Assembly: GCF_016433145.1 (NCBI RefSeq)
Contig: NC_058130.1
Location: 738,225,051 to 738,289,050 of the forward strand
Reading direction: 5' to 3'
DNA: 64,000 nt
Origin: Gracilinanus agilis
Taxonomy: Eukaryota
Part shown: in pieces, positions 22,001 to 35,800 of the stretch
How the letters are laid out: the number at the start of each line of letters is the position of its first letter
How positions within the stretch are numbered: position 1 is the first letter of the stretch
Program-made: the position numbers and the translations under genes
The notes under the pieces: model-generated
The model's database searches: none
What the model saw: the letters and a program-made list of their open reading frames with translations, nothing else
Told to the model about the DNA's origin: nothing

Positions 22001-25000
22001 CATTGGCCTTCTTATAGGTTGTGATTCTGACTGTCTCTTCTGCCTAGAATGCTCTACTGACTCATCTTTGCCTCTTGGCTTTCCTGGTTTCCTTCAAGAC
22101 TCACTTCAGATGCCATTTCCTGCAGGAGGCCTTTCCTGGTGCCTTCCCCTGACCCCAAGCCTCAACTACTAGTGCCTTCTCTCCAAAATTACCTTCCATC
22201 TACTCTGTATGTACTTTGTGGATGCATGGTTATTTAATGTTGCCTCTCCCATTAGAATGTAAGCTCCCTGAAGGAAAGGGATTGTGTTTTTTGCCTTTCT
22301 TTTTATCCCCAGGGCTTAGCACAGCATCTGGCACACAGTAACTACTTAATAAGTGCATCTGGGTAGGACCACATATATTCCTGTCCTCTAGCTTTGCCTC
22401 ATTTGCATATTAACTGACTAAATACCTAGTTCCCTATCCAGGCCTCACTTCATCTGAAGCAATGGCCATGAAGAAACCTGATGTGAAGAAATGGAAAAAA
22501 TGATTTTGTCTCCAATTAGAAGGATACTTCATTTGTTCCTGTTCATAAAGAATCAAAGGCCAGGTCAAAGGTCTTGGGGGAATATAATCTTTTTCTAGGG
22601 AAAGCATCAGCACCGTGGCAGGGAAGCCCAGCTCTTCTATTTGCTCCCTAGTACTAGGTTATACTCAAATTAAAGATCAAATGAAATAACAGGTAAACAC
22701 TTTATAAACCTTACAGTTCTATTATTAGTTATTGTTAACTATTATTAGCTGTTGTTATGTAGCTGCTTCTTAGAAAAGGAAACTCAGAAACTAAAGCTCT
22801 AATCTCTTTATGTCTCTCTCTTACACATACACACCATAAATATTTAGTTGATATTTAGCTTGGGTGGGTCTCCTTTGCCTCCAATTGTAGGATCCATATG
22901 TGTTAGCCCATTCTTTGCATATCTTGTCCATACACTCCAATATATTTTCTATAAGGGATTCTCTTAACATTTGGGGGTGGTGGGGTGGTCCTCCTTTGGA
23001 ACTCTTGACATTTAATGGATCTCAATGGAGCAGGACAACTAATCATTATAGGATAATTTCAATCTGGATGGGATTTTAGTCATGAATTTCAGGTAGTCCA
23101 ATAATTCTTAAATTGTCCTGGATCTGTTTTCCAGGTCAGTTGGTTTTTCTTCAATGAGTTATTTCATATTTTCTTCTATTTTTTCACTCTTTTAATTTTG
23201 TTTTATTGTTTCTTGATATCTCGTGAAGTCATTAGCTTCTATTTGCCTAATTCTAATTTTTAAAGACTGAATTTATTCCATGACCTTTTGATCTTCCTTT
23301 TCCATTTGACCCATTCTACTTTTCATGTACTCTTCACTGGATTTTTTTACCTCTTTTTCCAGTAGGTCAATTCTGTTTTTTAAAAAACTCTTTTCTTCAT
23401 TGGATTTTTTTGCCTTTTTCCAGTTGATCAATTTCATTTTTTAAGCTGTTTTCTTTTTGCATTATTTTAATTTCTTTCTCTCATTGTATTCCCATTTTTC
23501 TTTGACCTATCTTATTTGATTTTTGAATTCTTTTTTGAGTTCTTCCAGAGCTTGAGATCAATTCCTGTTTTTCTTTGAAGTTTTGCATGTGGTTGTTTGG
23601 ATCTCACCATCCTCTGTTGGTTCTGTGCTTTGTTCTTTGTCCCCATAGAGATTTTTGAGGGTTAAGTGTTCCTTTTGCTGTTTACTCATTTTCCCAGCCT
23701 TTTTTTTGCCCGTTTACTGGGAATTCTGAAAGCTAATGACTCTGTCTCCTTTGCTCCTACCTTGCAGGGATTAGCACTGTGAATTATTTTGATCTGGGGC
23801 TAGATCTTCACCACAGCAGCTTGAAAGGGCCCAGCACTATGGACTTCTGGGTCTCACTCGGTCTTCAAGGGGTGGGTCTGAAGTGTTCTTATGTTGGTGT
23901 AGTCCATGTCTTGGGATCCTGAAGCTAGCCTATGTCCAGTTGCAGAACCTGGCATGGTGGGGATGGGGGGCGGTGTGGGAATTAGCCAGCCCTCCTCGGT
24001 GTTCAGTTTTGCTTCTGGTTCCCCCTTATCCCATGAAAATCCACTCTCTCTCACCTTTCAAGTTATGTTCATTGGGAGAGCTCCCTCCCTCTGTCTTGCT
24101 GTTGGTTTTTGACTCCTGTTGTTTTGAAGCACTTCATAAAGATTAGTTTGAAAAGATTGTCAGAGAGGTTTCAACTTTCAATGCTAAGGCCCCTGGAGAG
24201 GACTTTAGAAATCATCCGACCTGTTCATTTTGCCAGATGACAAAAGAAGCCCTGCTTTCTCTAAGTAACTTGTCCAAGGTCACATAGAGACTGAGTAGCA
24301 GAGCTGAGATTTGAATCCAGGTCTTCTGAATCTAAATTCAGCACTTTATCCACTGCACCATACTGCCTCAATTATCTTTGCCAATTCCTATATACCGAGC
24401 CCTATTCTTTTTCTGGTCATAGATCTCTCTGTTGTAATCCATTTACCCTGTTTTTTCTTGTGGGAAATTCTTCATTAGTAATATGTTATAGCCTACTCAT
24501 GCCCATTATGCATCATTCTATTGCCCTTTGGGTGACTCTCAATTTTAAATCTTTAGAGACTGTGGTATTCCATGATTCACTACCACACAGCAAGAGTAGA
24601 GGAAGAATGATGCTCTAATGATGGGCAATTGTTTCAGGGAGAAGCTTTGAGTCATTATATAAACACTGCACATTTTTCCAAAGACATGCATCTCAGACTG
24701 CTCCCCTTCTCTTTTCAAATCTGGGCCTGGCTTATGTTCCATCCACAGAGTTTGTCCAAGACACTATGTATTGATGGGTTAGTTCTATGTTTTATCCATT
24801 TAACTTTATATCCTAGCTAAACAATAGGCATTCTTAATCTACTTAGTTTTTCCTATATGGATATGAAACAAGTTGAATACTTGAGTGATTATGACTCTCA
24901 CTGAGGAGGCTCTGAAATTTTTTGACTTTGATGAAATTGGAACAATGTCATCCGCAACAAGGACATTTGGAAGCTCCAACCAAATATAATGAATCCCTCT

Positions 25001-28000
25001 TCCAATTGAACTCTGTGCTGGCTGTCCTGCATGATGATTTCAAACACTAGGATGATCATGTTATTTTATGCATCATTTGATATGAATCATCAGAGATTTG
25101 AACAATTCGCTCACTGTTACATCTTTTGAGGAAACGTGAATGAATTTGACATATGCATGGGAGCTACATTGTTGGAATAGGACCTTTCAGGTGGCATTTT
25201 GTTGCTCCATATCAAACAATAAATAAGGTGATCTTGAATTTTAGACTGTCAATTCTTGGCCATTTACACTGTGTGTGAGTATATGTGCACATATGCTCAA
25301 TGACTACTTAGTCAACTATAAAGATGTGGCTTAGAAAATATCATTGGTGAAAGTCAGCTTGTTCTCTTCTCAAATCTTCAAGGATTCTCTTGATACTTGT
25401 GTATATTCTTCTCCTACAGATTTTGTAGAGCTGGTAATATGGATACAGTTACTAATATTTTCTCAGATGTCTTTTTTTGGGGGAATACAGTCTAGGATTT
25501 TTCTAAGCCTTTGGCACCTAATCTTTTAAGTGTCTTGAAAATCAATCCTTCAGTACTTTCAGAATTGTATCACCTGCACAGATGTCCTCTGTACAAATTT
25601 CTAGTCTACCTGTTCTTTTGTCTTTGTTTTTACTGTCATTTCTGCTTCTTTATGTAGTAACTTATGTAATAAGGGCCTGAGATATCAAGAATCCAAGTGT
25701 GGTAGCTCCATTACCATTAAAGAAGAGTTAGTGATAGAAATCTTAACAGATATTTTCCATTTTTTGTCCATTTATTGTCCTTTTCAATTTCATTCTTAAC
25801 TGTTCTCACTAAGATGGCTCAGTTTAACTTCCCACCAAACTTTCTGTAAACATATTTTTCTTTTTACTGCTTCTCCTTGTTTTGTGAAACAATATTGCTC
25901 ATAATTATTGCACCATTTTCCTCTGTATGATTTTATGAATGAGTTTGGATTTTAAGCAGACGTTACTCTGAGGTATAAAACCTTTCTTTGGTGAAGAAAT
26001 CGAGGTTTGCTGATTGAGGGAGTTTCTAGGAGGGAGGCTGAGGGAGTCTCCTGTTCCCCTTGCTGTCACAGTAACTGATTTACATCAGTTAAACTTCTTC
26101 AGGAAATAGTGACAACTAGTGTTGATTCTGTTCTTTGATTAATTTCCCATTTTATTCTGTCAGCGGCCTATTTAAATAAATCAGGTTAGACTCTGTGTTA
26201 GAGGCTTCTCATTTTTTTTCTTTCTTCTAACATGGTCCTGATTTTGACTTTTGTGCTAACAAATTGATGGTCTGGCTGTTCATACAGATGATTTGGAAAT
26301 GACTCAACGCAGGTAACCTGTGTTTTTCTGTCTGTTAAAATATAATCAGTTCCATTTTTGTGATGTATTTGGCACAGGCTTGTTCAATACTTCCTGACTG
26401 TCTTCTCAAAGAAAGTTTTTGATATATTATTATGTCTTCTATATAATCTATAACTCTTTGGCTGTTTTCATTTCTCACTATTAAACCATGTTTTCCAAAT
26501 GTTTTTTTCCCCATCTTCTCCATGTCTACTTAATACAAAGTATTAAAATATGTGAAAATTTAATTGAGGGGAGTTCTTATTAAGTTGATAGATTTTTTCT
26601 ATTTCATCAACATATATTGATATATAAACTATAATTATTTTAATGACGCCTTCCTGCAAATGTTTATCATGAGTATAATACAAGATCAAATATCTCATGA
26701 AATGATATTTCTTGTTGTTTTTGTATACATAATTAACTTTTTTATTTGCTTCTCCAAGGAAAGGCTATGAGCTATCACCTAATTGACTTCCTTTGTCTTC
26801 TTTTTTTTTTTAAACCCTTACCCTCTGTCTTGGAGTCAATACTGTGTATTGGCTCCTAGGTGGAAGAGTGGTAAGGGTGGGCAATGGGGGTCAAGTGACT
26901 TGCCCAGGGTCACACGGCTGGGAAGTGTCTGAGGTCACATTTGAACCTAGGACCTCCTATCTCTAGGTCTGGCTCTCAATCCACTGAGCTACCCAGCTGC
27001 CCTCTTCTTCTTCTTTTTTAAATTAAAACCCTACCCTAGCATTCTGGAATCAATACTGAGTGTTGGTGTCAAGGCAGAAGAGTGGTAAGGACTAGGCAAC
27101 AGGGATTAAGTGACTTGCTCAGGGTCACACATTGAGAAAGTATCTATGGCCACATTTGAAAGTAGGTCCTCCCATCTTTAGGCCTGGCTCTCAATCCACT
27201 GAGCTACCCAGCTGCCCCCTTCCTTTGTCTTCTGGATTCATTTAAGTTAATGGTTATAGGTGGTCTAAAAGCTATGTGATTCTTTGCATCCTCTTCTCCC
27301 TTTTCTACCATTCTGCCACTAAAAAAGTAAAAGGTGGTTACATGGGGGCCGAGGGACATTTAAATTTTTTCTTTGTTTCATGGGTTGTTGTAGCAAAAAG
27401 ATTCATTATCAAGTGGCCAAACTACTGGCCAACCAACTCCAATAAAGCCTCTGAATTTAGCTAGGTTGGTCCCCGGAAATTAGACAGTCAGCATTTAATT
27501 CCTTTCCAGGGTGGGTAGATCCTGTCAGAACTTATGCTCTGCTGACACACTTTTTGAATTAATGAATAAAAAAGCATTTCTAAAGTACCTATTAGATGCA
27601 AAGCACCATGCTAATGCTGGAGATATAAACAGAAAAGGTAAACCAGTCCTCTCTCACATTCTCATGTGAAGGTTCCAGTTGCAAGTCTGAGGGAAAGGAC
27701 TTGTGGGGTGATGCCAAAGCAGGTAGTGCTGCGTCTTCTTTCATGCCACTTCTACTGATACAGCCACGGCCATTTTTGATGTTAAGCCATTTAACAATGC
27801 CAAGGACTTTGGTGTTGAAATTTTGTTTCCCATATATGCAGTTGTGGTTGCTGAGGAGGGGGCAGTGGCACTTTTGCAGAAGCAGATGTCAGGCCACATC
27901 TCCACAAAGGCTGTTTCCCAGGATGCTGGTTGAGGGGTTAAGGCAGGATAGGGCAGAAGGGAGAAATAGAACCAGTGGTCTGAAATTGCTGCCACTCCTG

Positions 28001-31000
28001 AAATTCTTGGGCTTACCTGCTTATTAGAGGCAGATGGGATTGATAGTGGGGAAGAAGTAGGGTCCCTTTTCACTGTGATTGCTGTAGAGCTGGACTAGAA
28101 GTGAACATGGGGGTCTAGAGGACACTATTCTTCCTGAGGTTCAGGGTACTGTCTGAGGGGAGGGGTGTGTGTGTGTGTGTGTGTGGTTTGACTTGGCCAG
28201 AACATGCTGCCACCCTCCCTCTTCTCCAGGGTGCCAAGCTGATTCAGTTAAGTTGGCTCGCCTGCCTTGGGGTGGCAGTTAGTCAGTAGCTAATGGGGAT
28301 GGCTGGCCCCTTATCCACAGGAGTCACTTCCCCAAAAACCCAGGTAAACTAGGATTAACCTCCATGCTGCTACAGGACTTCAGGGGTTAAAAAGACAGTT
28401 CTTGTGTGTGTGTGTGCTGTTCAGCTCATTACAGAAACAAATTCTCACTGCCATGTGCATGCAATATATGGGGATTTTATTCTTGCTTGGTATAGATTCA
28501 GAGAGGTTTTCTTCAGGTAGGAAGAGGAAAATAAAGTCAGTCAATTGTTGGCCATCTGTATTGTGTATGTAGTGATAGCTTAGGCTAGCTTTCCATAGCC
28601 TCCTAGTCCATGTATTATGTTCCTTATTAACTAGCTTATTGATCCTGAGGCTAGCAACAGCTAGTATTTATAGCGTGCTTTAAGGTTTGCCATGTACTTT
28701 ATAAATATTATCTTATTTTATCCTCATGACCACCCTTGGACGTAGGTGTTATAATAATCCCCATTTTATAGATGAGGACACCGAGGCAAACAGAGATGAA
28801 ATGATTTTCCCAGGGTCTCTAGCTAGAAAGAATCTGAGGCAGGACTTGAACTCAGGTCTTCCCGATTCCAGGTTTAGCACTTTACCCACTGTGCCACCTA
28901 GATTGTTGTAACATAGGATGCTCAAGTGAGAATAACCCTTGATCATCTCTAGAGAGCAGTGATGGGCAAACTTTTTTAAAGTGGGGGCCAATGGAAAGGA
29001 AATGCTCATCTGTCAGTCTGTTTCTAAGGCAACTCTTTTGAAGTTTCATTGTATTGTATCCTACTCATTGCATTCGTCAGATTAGGAATAATGTTGCAGG
29101 ATCGAAGAGAACATTTCAGGGGGCTGCATCTGGCCCGGGGGCCATAGTTTGCTCGTTACTGATCTAGAGCAATCCACTCATTTTTCAGAAAGGGTGAAGC
29201 CATTTGTCTAAGTTCATCAGGCTAGATCTGGGACCAGAAGAGTGTTTGGTGTGTCCTGAGGCTGCCAAGTCATTTTTCAGTTACCCTAAGACAAATAACA
29301 AGAGGGCAGCTTAGGTGGCTCAGTGAATGAGAGCCAGGCTTAGAGACAGGAGTTCCTGGGTTCAGATCTGGCCTCAGACAAATCCTAGCCGTGTGACCCT
29401 AGCCAAGTCATTTAACCCCCTTTATCTATCCCTTACCGATCTTCTGCTTTGGAACCGATACATAGATTCTAAGGTAAGGGTTTGAAAAAAAAAGAGAAAT
29501 ATCATTAGGAAAGTCAATTTCTCTTCTTCGCCCCCACCCCAATCTAATAGTACTCTAGTCTAACAGCTGTAATAGTCTTTAACAATAACCTAAGTCCAAG
29601 TCTCCTATTTTACAGAAGAAATGGAACTTGCAAGAGGTGAAGGGACTTGCCCAGTCAAGTTCATTTTATGGTATGAAGTTTGAAAAGAACTTTTCTTAGA
29701 ACTGTGAGGGAAAGAGTACAGATCTTATTATACTCATTTGACTGATGAGCAAACTGAGGTTGACAGAGGCAAGTCCAAGGTCACACAGATAATAAGAGGT
29801 CCCAGTTTTTAAATGTTTTAAAGTTTGCAAGTGCTTGATATGTGTATTACTATTTGATTCTCACAACCTTGTACGAGAGGGGTGCTATTATCAACCCTAG
29901 CCTATGGATGAGGAAATTGAGGCTGAGAGTTCAACTAGCTAGTGCAGGATCACATAGCTAGTGAGTATTTAAGGTAGGATTTTCATCTTGTTCTTTCTGA
30001 CCCTAAAATTCATTGGTACATAGTTGTTTTCATACTGTCTCCTCGTAAGAGTTTCTTAAAAGCAGGAACTGCCTTTTACTTTTTTTTTGGGGGGGGGGAG
30101 GTATTCCTAGCACTTAGCCCAATACTTGGCACACTGTTGGTGCCTAATAAATGATCTTGACTACCCGACTGACTAACTCCCACACTCTCTTCATTTTGAC
30201 ATGCTACCTAGAAAGCAGTAGTGATGAGACTTGAACCCAAGCTATCCAAATTCAATGTTCTTTCCTGTAGACTCGGATTCTTAACTCTGATATGTCTAGA
30301 TTATCTGTCATTGCTTTATAGCTGGGACAGGGACCTAACTTTCTTCCTGGATCTACCAGCTTCTGGTTTATTTGGCTCAGAGGAACGCAGCCAAATATGT
30401 GATTCATTCATGTTTGCAGGGCATGAATAGCCTTCAGTAGGGCAGACTTGTTGGGCATCTTGGCATCCCCTTCTGCCCCTTTTCCTGCCTGGCCAAGTAT
30501 GAGGAGTGAGGTGGGCACTGGGGGATTACCTGCTGCTCCTGGAGTTGCCGGATGGTACTCTGAGCCTTTTGGAGATTTTCAGTGGCTGAGCTACACTGTT
30601 GTTTCACCACAGCTAACTCCCTTTTGATGACATAGTTCTCCTCAGCCTCCTGGGCTCGGGTGACTTGCCCCTAAAGGAGAAGGGAAAACCAGTTATACAG
30701 GGATTCTTCATGCTTCTGCCTCCCAGCCTACCCCTCCCAACTCTTGGTCCCCACCCCATGCCACACAGAGCTGGAGTCTGGACTCCACGGGGAGATGTGA
30801 GACAAGAGGTGTGCTGGACATGGGCAGAGTGGTTAGGCTTCATGGTCAGGTGCTAGGGGATGGTGAAGGAGTAAGAAAAGAGAGGGAGAAGGGGTAGTAA
30901 TCAAGAGATTCGTGAGAAAGGAAAAAGAGGAGCAGCAACTAGCAGGAGGGAAGAAAACAAGTCAAGTTTGCCAGGAGCCTAGAATCCCTATATCCTAATC

Positions 31001-32807
31001 TTCTTGGTACTTCTATTGTTCCTACTTATTCCAAGTCCTCTTAGGGACTGTTACACCTGGTATTAAAAAATCAAAACAAACCCAAACCCCTCTAAGGCTC
31101 AAATACTCCACCTGTAGGCCTATAGGAATCCTGCCCTGTCCAACTCTACCAACAGGAAGAAGTCTGTTTTCCTGGATCCTCAGGGGAATACAGAGAGCCA
31201 CAGAGCCATTAAAGCAACATATTAGAGCCATTGCTCACCAAACTCAGGATTGCTGATTTGTGGCAAGACTTCTCTCACAGGAGTGCTATGGGGATCATGT
31301 GAAATAATGGATAGAAAAGTGCTTAGGTCATAGAATGTCAGAGTTGGAAGGGACTTAGGAGATGATCTAGTTTAGCCTTTTTATATTATAAATGACAAAG
31401 CCTAGATGACAGATTGGGTGAGTAGGTTCTTCTTCTTTTTTTTAAATTAAAACCCTACCCTAACATCCTGGAATCAATACTGACTGTTGGTGCCAAGGCA
31501 GAAGAGTGGCAAGGACTAGGCAACAGAGATTAAGTGACTTGCTCAGGGTCACACAGTGAGGAAGTATCTATGGCTACATTTGAACCCAGGTCCTCCCATC
31601 TCTAGGCCTGGTTTTCAATCCACTGAGCCACCTGGATATCCAGGATGACTAGGTTCTTGAAGGTTATATAAGCAGAGCAAAATTCTGTCAGATCAAACTT
31701 TCGTCAAGGCATCAACCTTGCTCAAGTCAAAGAGGTTTGTCACTAGAAGGTTGGCTGATAGGTGGTGATTTTTTTTTTTTTTGACCACAGCAATGAATAA
31801 CCAAGACTAGTGAGGCACAGAGAGGCAATCTGCAGCAGTAATAGGAGCATCTACAGTGCTGAAATTACCATCTTTTTGAAGTACTAAGGAGATACTTAAA
31901 TGTTTGCTGAGTTGACCAAGGCAACCGAGGCTCCAAAGAAAGAACTGGAAAGCATCTCAGTGATTTATCCAAGATCACACAGCAATTTGATGGAAAGACC
32001 TGAGGTTAGCATCTAATGATCCAAAGCTCTTTCCATTATCCCAGATTACATCAATCATTCCATTCAACAGACGTTTATTATGTACCTGAGTATGAGGATT
32101 CTGAAGAAGTTATAGAAATGAAGAAAAGTTCTAGTCTTTAAGGAAAGTAAAATCCAGCAACAAGTGAAGCTACAGAGAAACTGGACTAGAAGCTAGGTCT
32201 CCAGGATTCTATAGTTAATATAATGCAGATCAGACATGAGGTCAGTCATTTCTCTTCCCCCTTATGGATCATCATTTCTTCCCTTATGTCTTGTGTAGCA
32301 AATAAACAAATGTTTTAAGGGCTTAGAAATAGAGATGGGGGTCGGGGTGGGGAAGATGAAGTAGCAGAGTAGCCAAGAGCAAACCAGAACCACACACTCT
32401 AATGGATCCTTAGCTCTTGGGCAATTCACTCTGAATGACAAATTTATCCAAGGTAGTCTGTTGAAGGAGAACAGAAACACAGTTCAAAGATATTTTCTTG
32501 AAGATATTCTTTCACTGGATTGGTGGGAAATTGAACTAGATGAAACCTAATGGTCTTTTCTAAAGCCTCCATCGTTCTCTAAGTTTACTATAGGACCACA
32601 CAGCTGCCACCTGAACCATCCCCTTACAAAAAAACAAAACAAAAAACAAATGCGCTGGACTTTTCTTATCCAGGCTCCATGCGGAAAGTTTTTGGAAAAG
32701 ATGATCCAGTGAAATAGGTAGGTGAGTTAGAGTAGAAACCAGACACTGGCATAAGCATTTATATTTGTGATGGGAGGACAGACTAAGGAAATAGAGTAGT
32801 GATTTAG

Positions 32808-32840
<33 letters not shown>

Positions 32841-35800
32841 TATACACACACACATAAAGTACTTATTCTACAGAGAAACCCTTCTTTTCTTGCCTTTCTC
32901 TTTCCTAGCCCCCATACACATGCACATACCTCAAGAAGGGAAAACCATCCCTTCTCCCCAGACACACATACAATCACTATAGGCAAACTCTGAAAAATGC
33001 ATTATCATGCACCCAATAACTCTACAAATGGTCACTTAATTAGAACTAGGGAGATGTTTATTACATGCACTGTGTGAAACCTTCCTCCTCCCCTCAACCT
33101 TTATATGAGAACATTTCCCATTTTCTCCCCAGAAGGCTGCCCACAGACACACAAACCCAAGAAATAGATGCAACCATCAAAGAGTTAGGCACTGGCAGAA
33201 GGGAAGAAGCATGGAGTGCAGATGAAAATCAAAGATGGGTAGGAGGAAAAATAAAAAAAGTACTGTACCTGGATTAACCTATCAGCCAGAGCAGCACTCT
33301 CCTACCGAAACCCACAGGGAGGAGGAGATCCCGAAAGGGGGGAAGAGGTAGAGCAGAAGGGATGGGATATGGGGAAGGGGAGAGAAGAAAAACACGACAA
33401 TAACCAGCAGTTACTAGCACAGTAGACTAGAGCTAGAAGCAAGGTAGAAAGAACAGGCTGAGGACCAGAGGCCATAGGCAGGAATCCAGAAAACAACCAA
33501 GGCCACAATTCCACAAAAGTATACATGGGGTAGCAATTTGGGGAAGGGAGGAAGTGGTATACTGGAGTGTCTAACAATATAGGAATAGTGGGCATGCTGC
33601 TTCCTGTCCAATCCCACTCTCTTGTTTTCTTGCTTTATTATCTTTATTCCCACATCAATTCAACTGATTCTCTTGTCAGACAAAATAGAGTTGCTACAGT
33701 AGAAGGGGAAATTTTTAAATTTTCTATGTAAGTTTTTTACTTTAAAGAAAAAATTGAGAGTTTTACTTTTGTTGTTTTGTTCTTATATATACCAAAAAAA
33801 ATTCCTCGCACATTATGACATATTTCTTGGCTAAAAGGCAAAGAAGACATAATCCTAATGAAGGTCTCTGCCCCCTAACAAAGTGACCAAACAGGAGAAA
33901 GGCTCTCAATTGTGTCCAGAGCAAGTTGCTCTTCTTAGCTCTTCTGCAGGAATATTCTCAAATACAGGCTGGATGAGAAGGAGGAAGAAGGTCAGAGATA
34001 TAGAATTCCTCCTTCACCTCTCCTTTTAATGTCATCAAAGCTATGGGGTTTGTCACTTTGCTAGTAGCATCAAAGGGGCAGTGGTATAGTTTGAATTAGC
34101 ATTTATTGGCTTGTCAAAGTTATTGTGCTGGGCAAATTGTAATCTAAGTACATGGCAGTTCAATTAAAATATCAATCATATCCTTAATCTAATTTAGACA
34201 GAAGTTTTAGCATCATTCAGGGAAGCATTCACTCTCTCACTCATTCACTCTCTCTCTCTCCTTCCACAATGCACATATATATACATACATGCATATAAAA
34301 CACATGTTTATATATCTATATCAAGCTAGCTATCTAGATCTATGTCTATATATAGATCATTGTATTCAAAGCAACAGTTTTGCCATAATTAACCCAATCG
34401 GTTAATTACAATGCTACTCAAGCACTAGTGACATTATATCATAGTCCTATATCATATCATAATACATATCACAAAATCACTGACAGTGAAAGACAGTGGG
34501 GGAACAAGTCTACATGAATTGCTGTCCAAAGGCTATGGTTCCTCAGATCCTAGGTCTTGGTCTTGCAGGACATAAGGCAATTTTGGTACAGGGTAATGAC
34601 TGACCCCCTCCATCATAAAGATGGTCTTTGCAATGCAACAATAAAAGGAGATGGGATCCTCGCTCAAGGCGTGGAACGGGGCGACCAGCTTCCAGAGAGC
34701 TCCAAAGGGGGAGAATCCAGGTAGCTAATGACACCAGGTGAAGCTTTCTGGATACTGAGGTCCCTCTGGAAAAGGGAGATCCACTTGAGGTAGACAGGGA
34801 CACTCCTCACCTTCTCCAGTGTCTCAATCCGCTGTTTCAGGAGCCGGTTCTCTGTTCGTAACCTCTATTTGCCAGGGAAGGGATAGGAAAAAACATATTA
34901 GAGGGGACCTCTTCTCCCAAACTCATCTCAGTTTCCCTAGGTTTAATCTAAGGCATCACCTAATTTTCCTTTCCTAAAGGATGCATCTTCTTTTAAAGGT
35001 CATTTCCAGACAGGGGTGATTTTTGTGAAACAGAATACTGGTCTGGTCTAGGGATTCTAATCTTTTTATCTTGGATTCCTTTGGTAGACTGTCTGGTGAC
35101 ATCTATGGACTGCTTCTATGCATGTTTTAAGTGAATAAAATAAAATGCATAATATTACAGGGAATACTGAAACACATTTATCAAAGTTCCACCCCATCCC
35201 CCAAACAGGTTCCTAGACTCCAGGTAAAGAAATCCTGCATAACATTTAAAAAATATAGTCTTAGTTCATATTCAAATGGCTAAGGTTGTTTTTTTTTCCT
35301 GAAAAATTTTGGTTCAGTTAAAAAAAAGCGAGGCTTGGTTCAATATAGAGATCAGTTAATTAGCAAGAACAATCTCCATCTCCTTCATTCATATAAACTG
35401 TAGCATGAAGCTTGGGACATATGTCCTCCTCTACTCTACTCTTCCATCAAGGCTCAGCTCACATGCCACCTGCTCTGTGACACTGTTGCAAATATCCTCA
35501 GTTGTCAGTCTCTCTTACTCTTTAGTTTTCCTTGTATCATGTTTACCTGATCATATATAATATTCCTTTCAGGAGAATTGCTCCTTGAAGAGCAGCTCCT
35601 TTGAAGGTAAGGGATTTTCTACCCGTTCTCTTGGGTCTCCAGGAACTTGCACAGACACTTAAATATTGGTTGAATTTTCATTTCTTCCCCAAGATCATAA
35701 ACTGGCCCCTTCCCTCTTTTTTGCTCCATCTGGGGCAGATGCCAAGGAGATAGCTCCACAACAGGACGAATTTTAGGGCTAAAAGGGCCTCAAGAAACCA

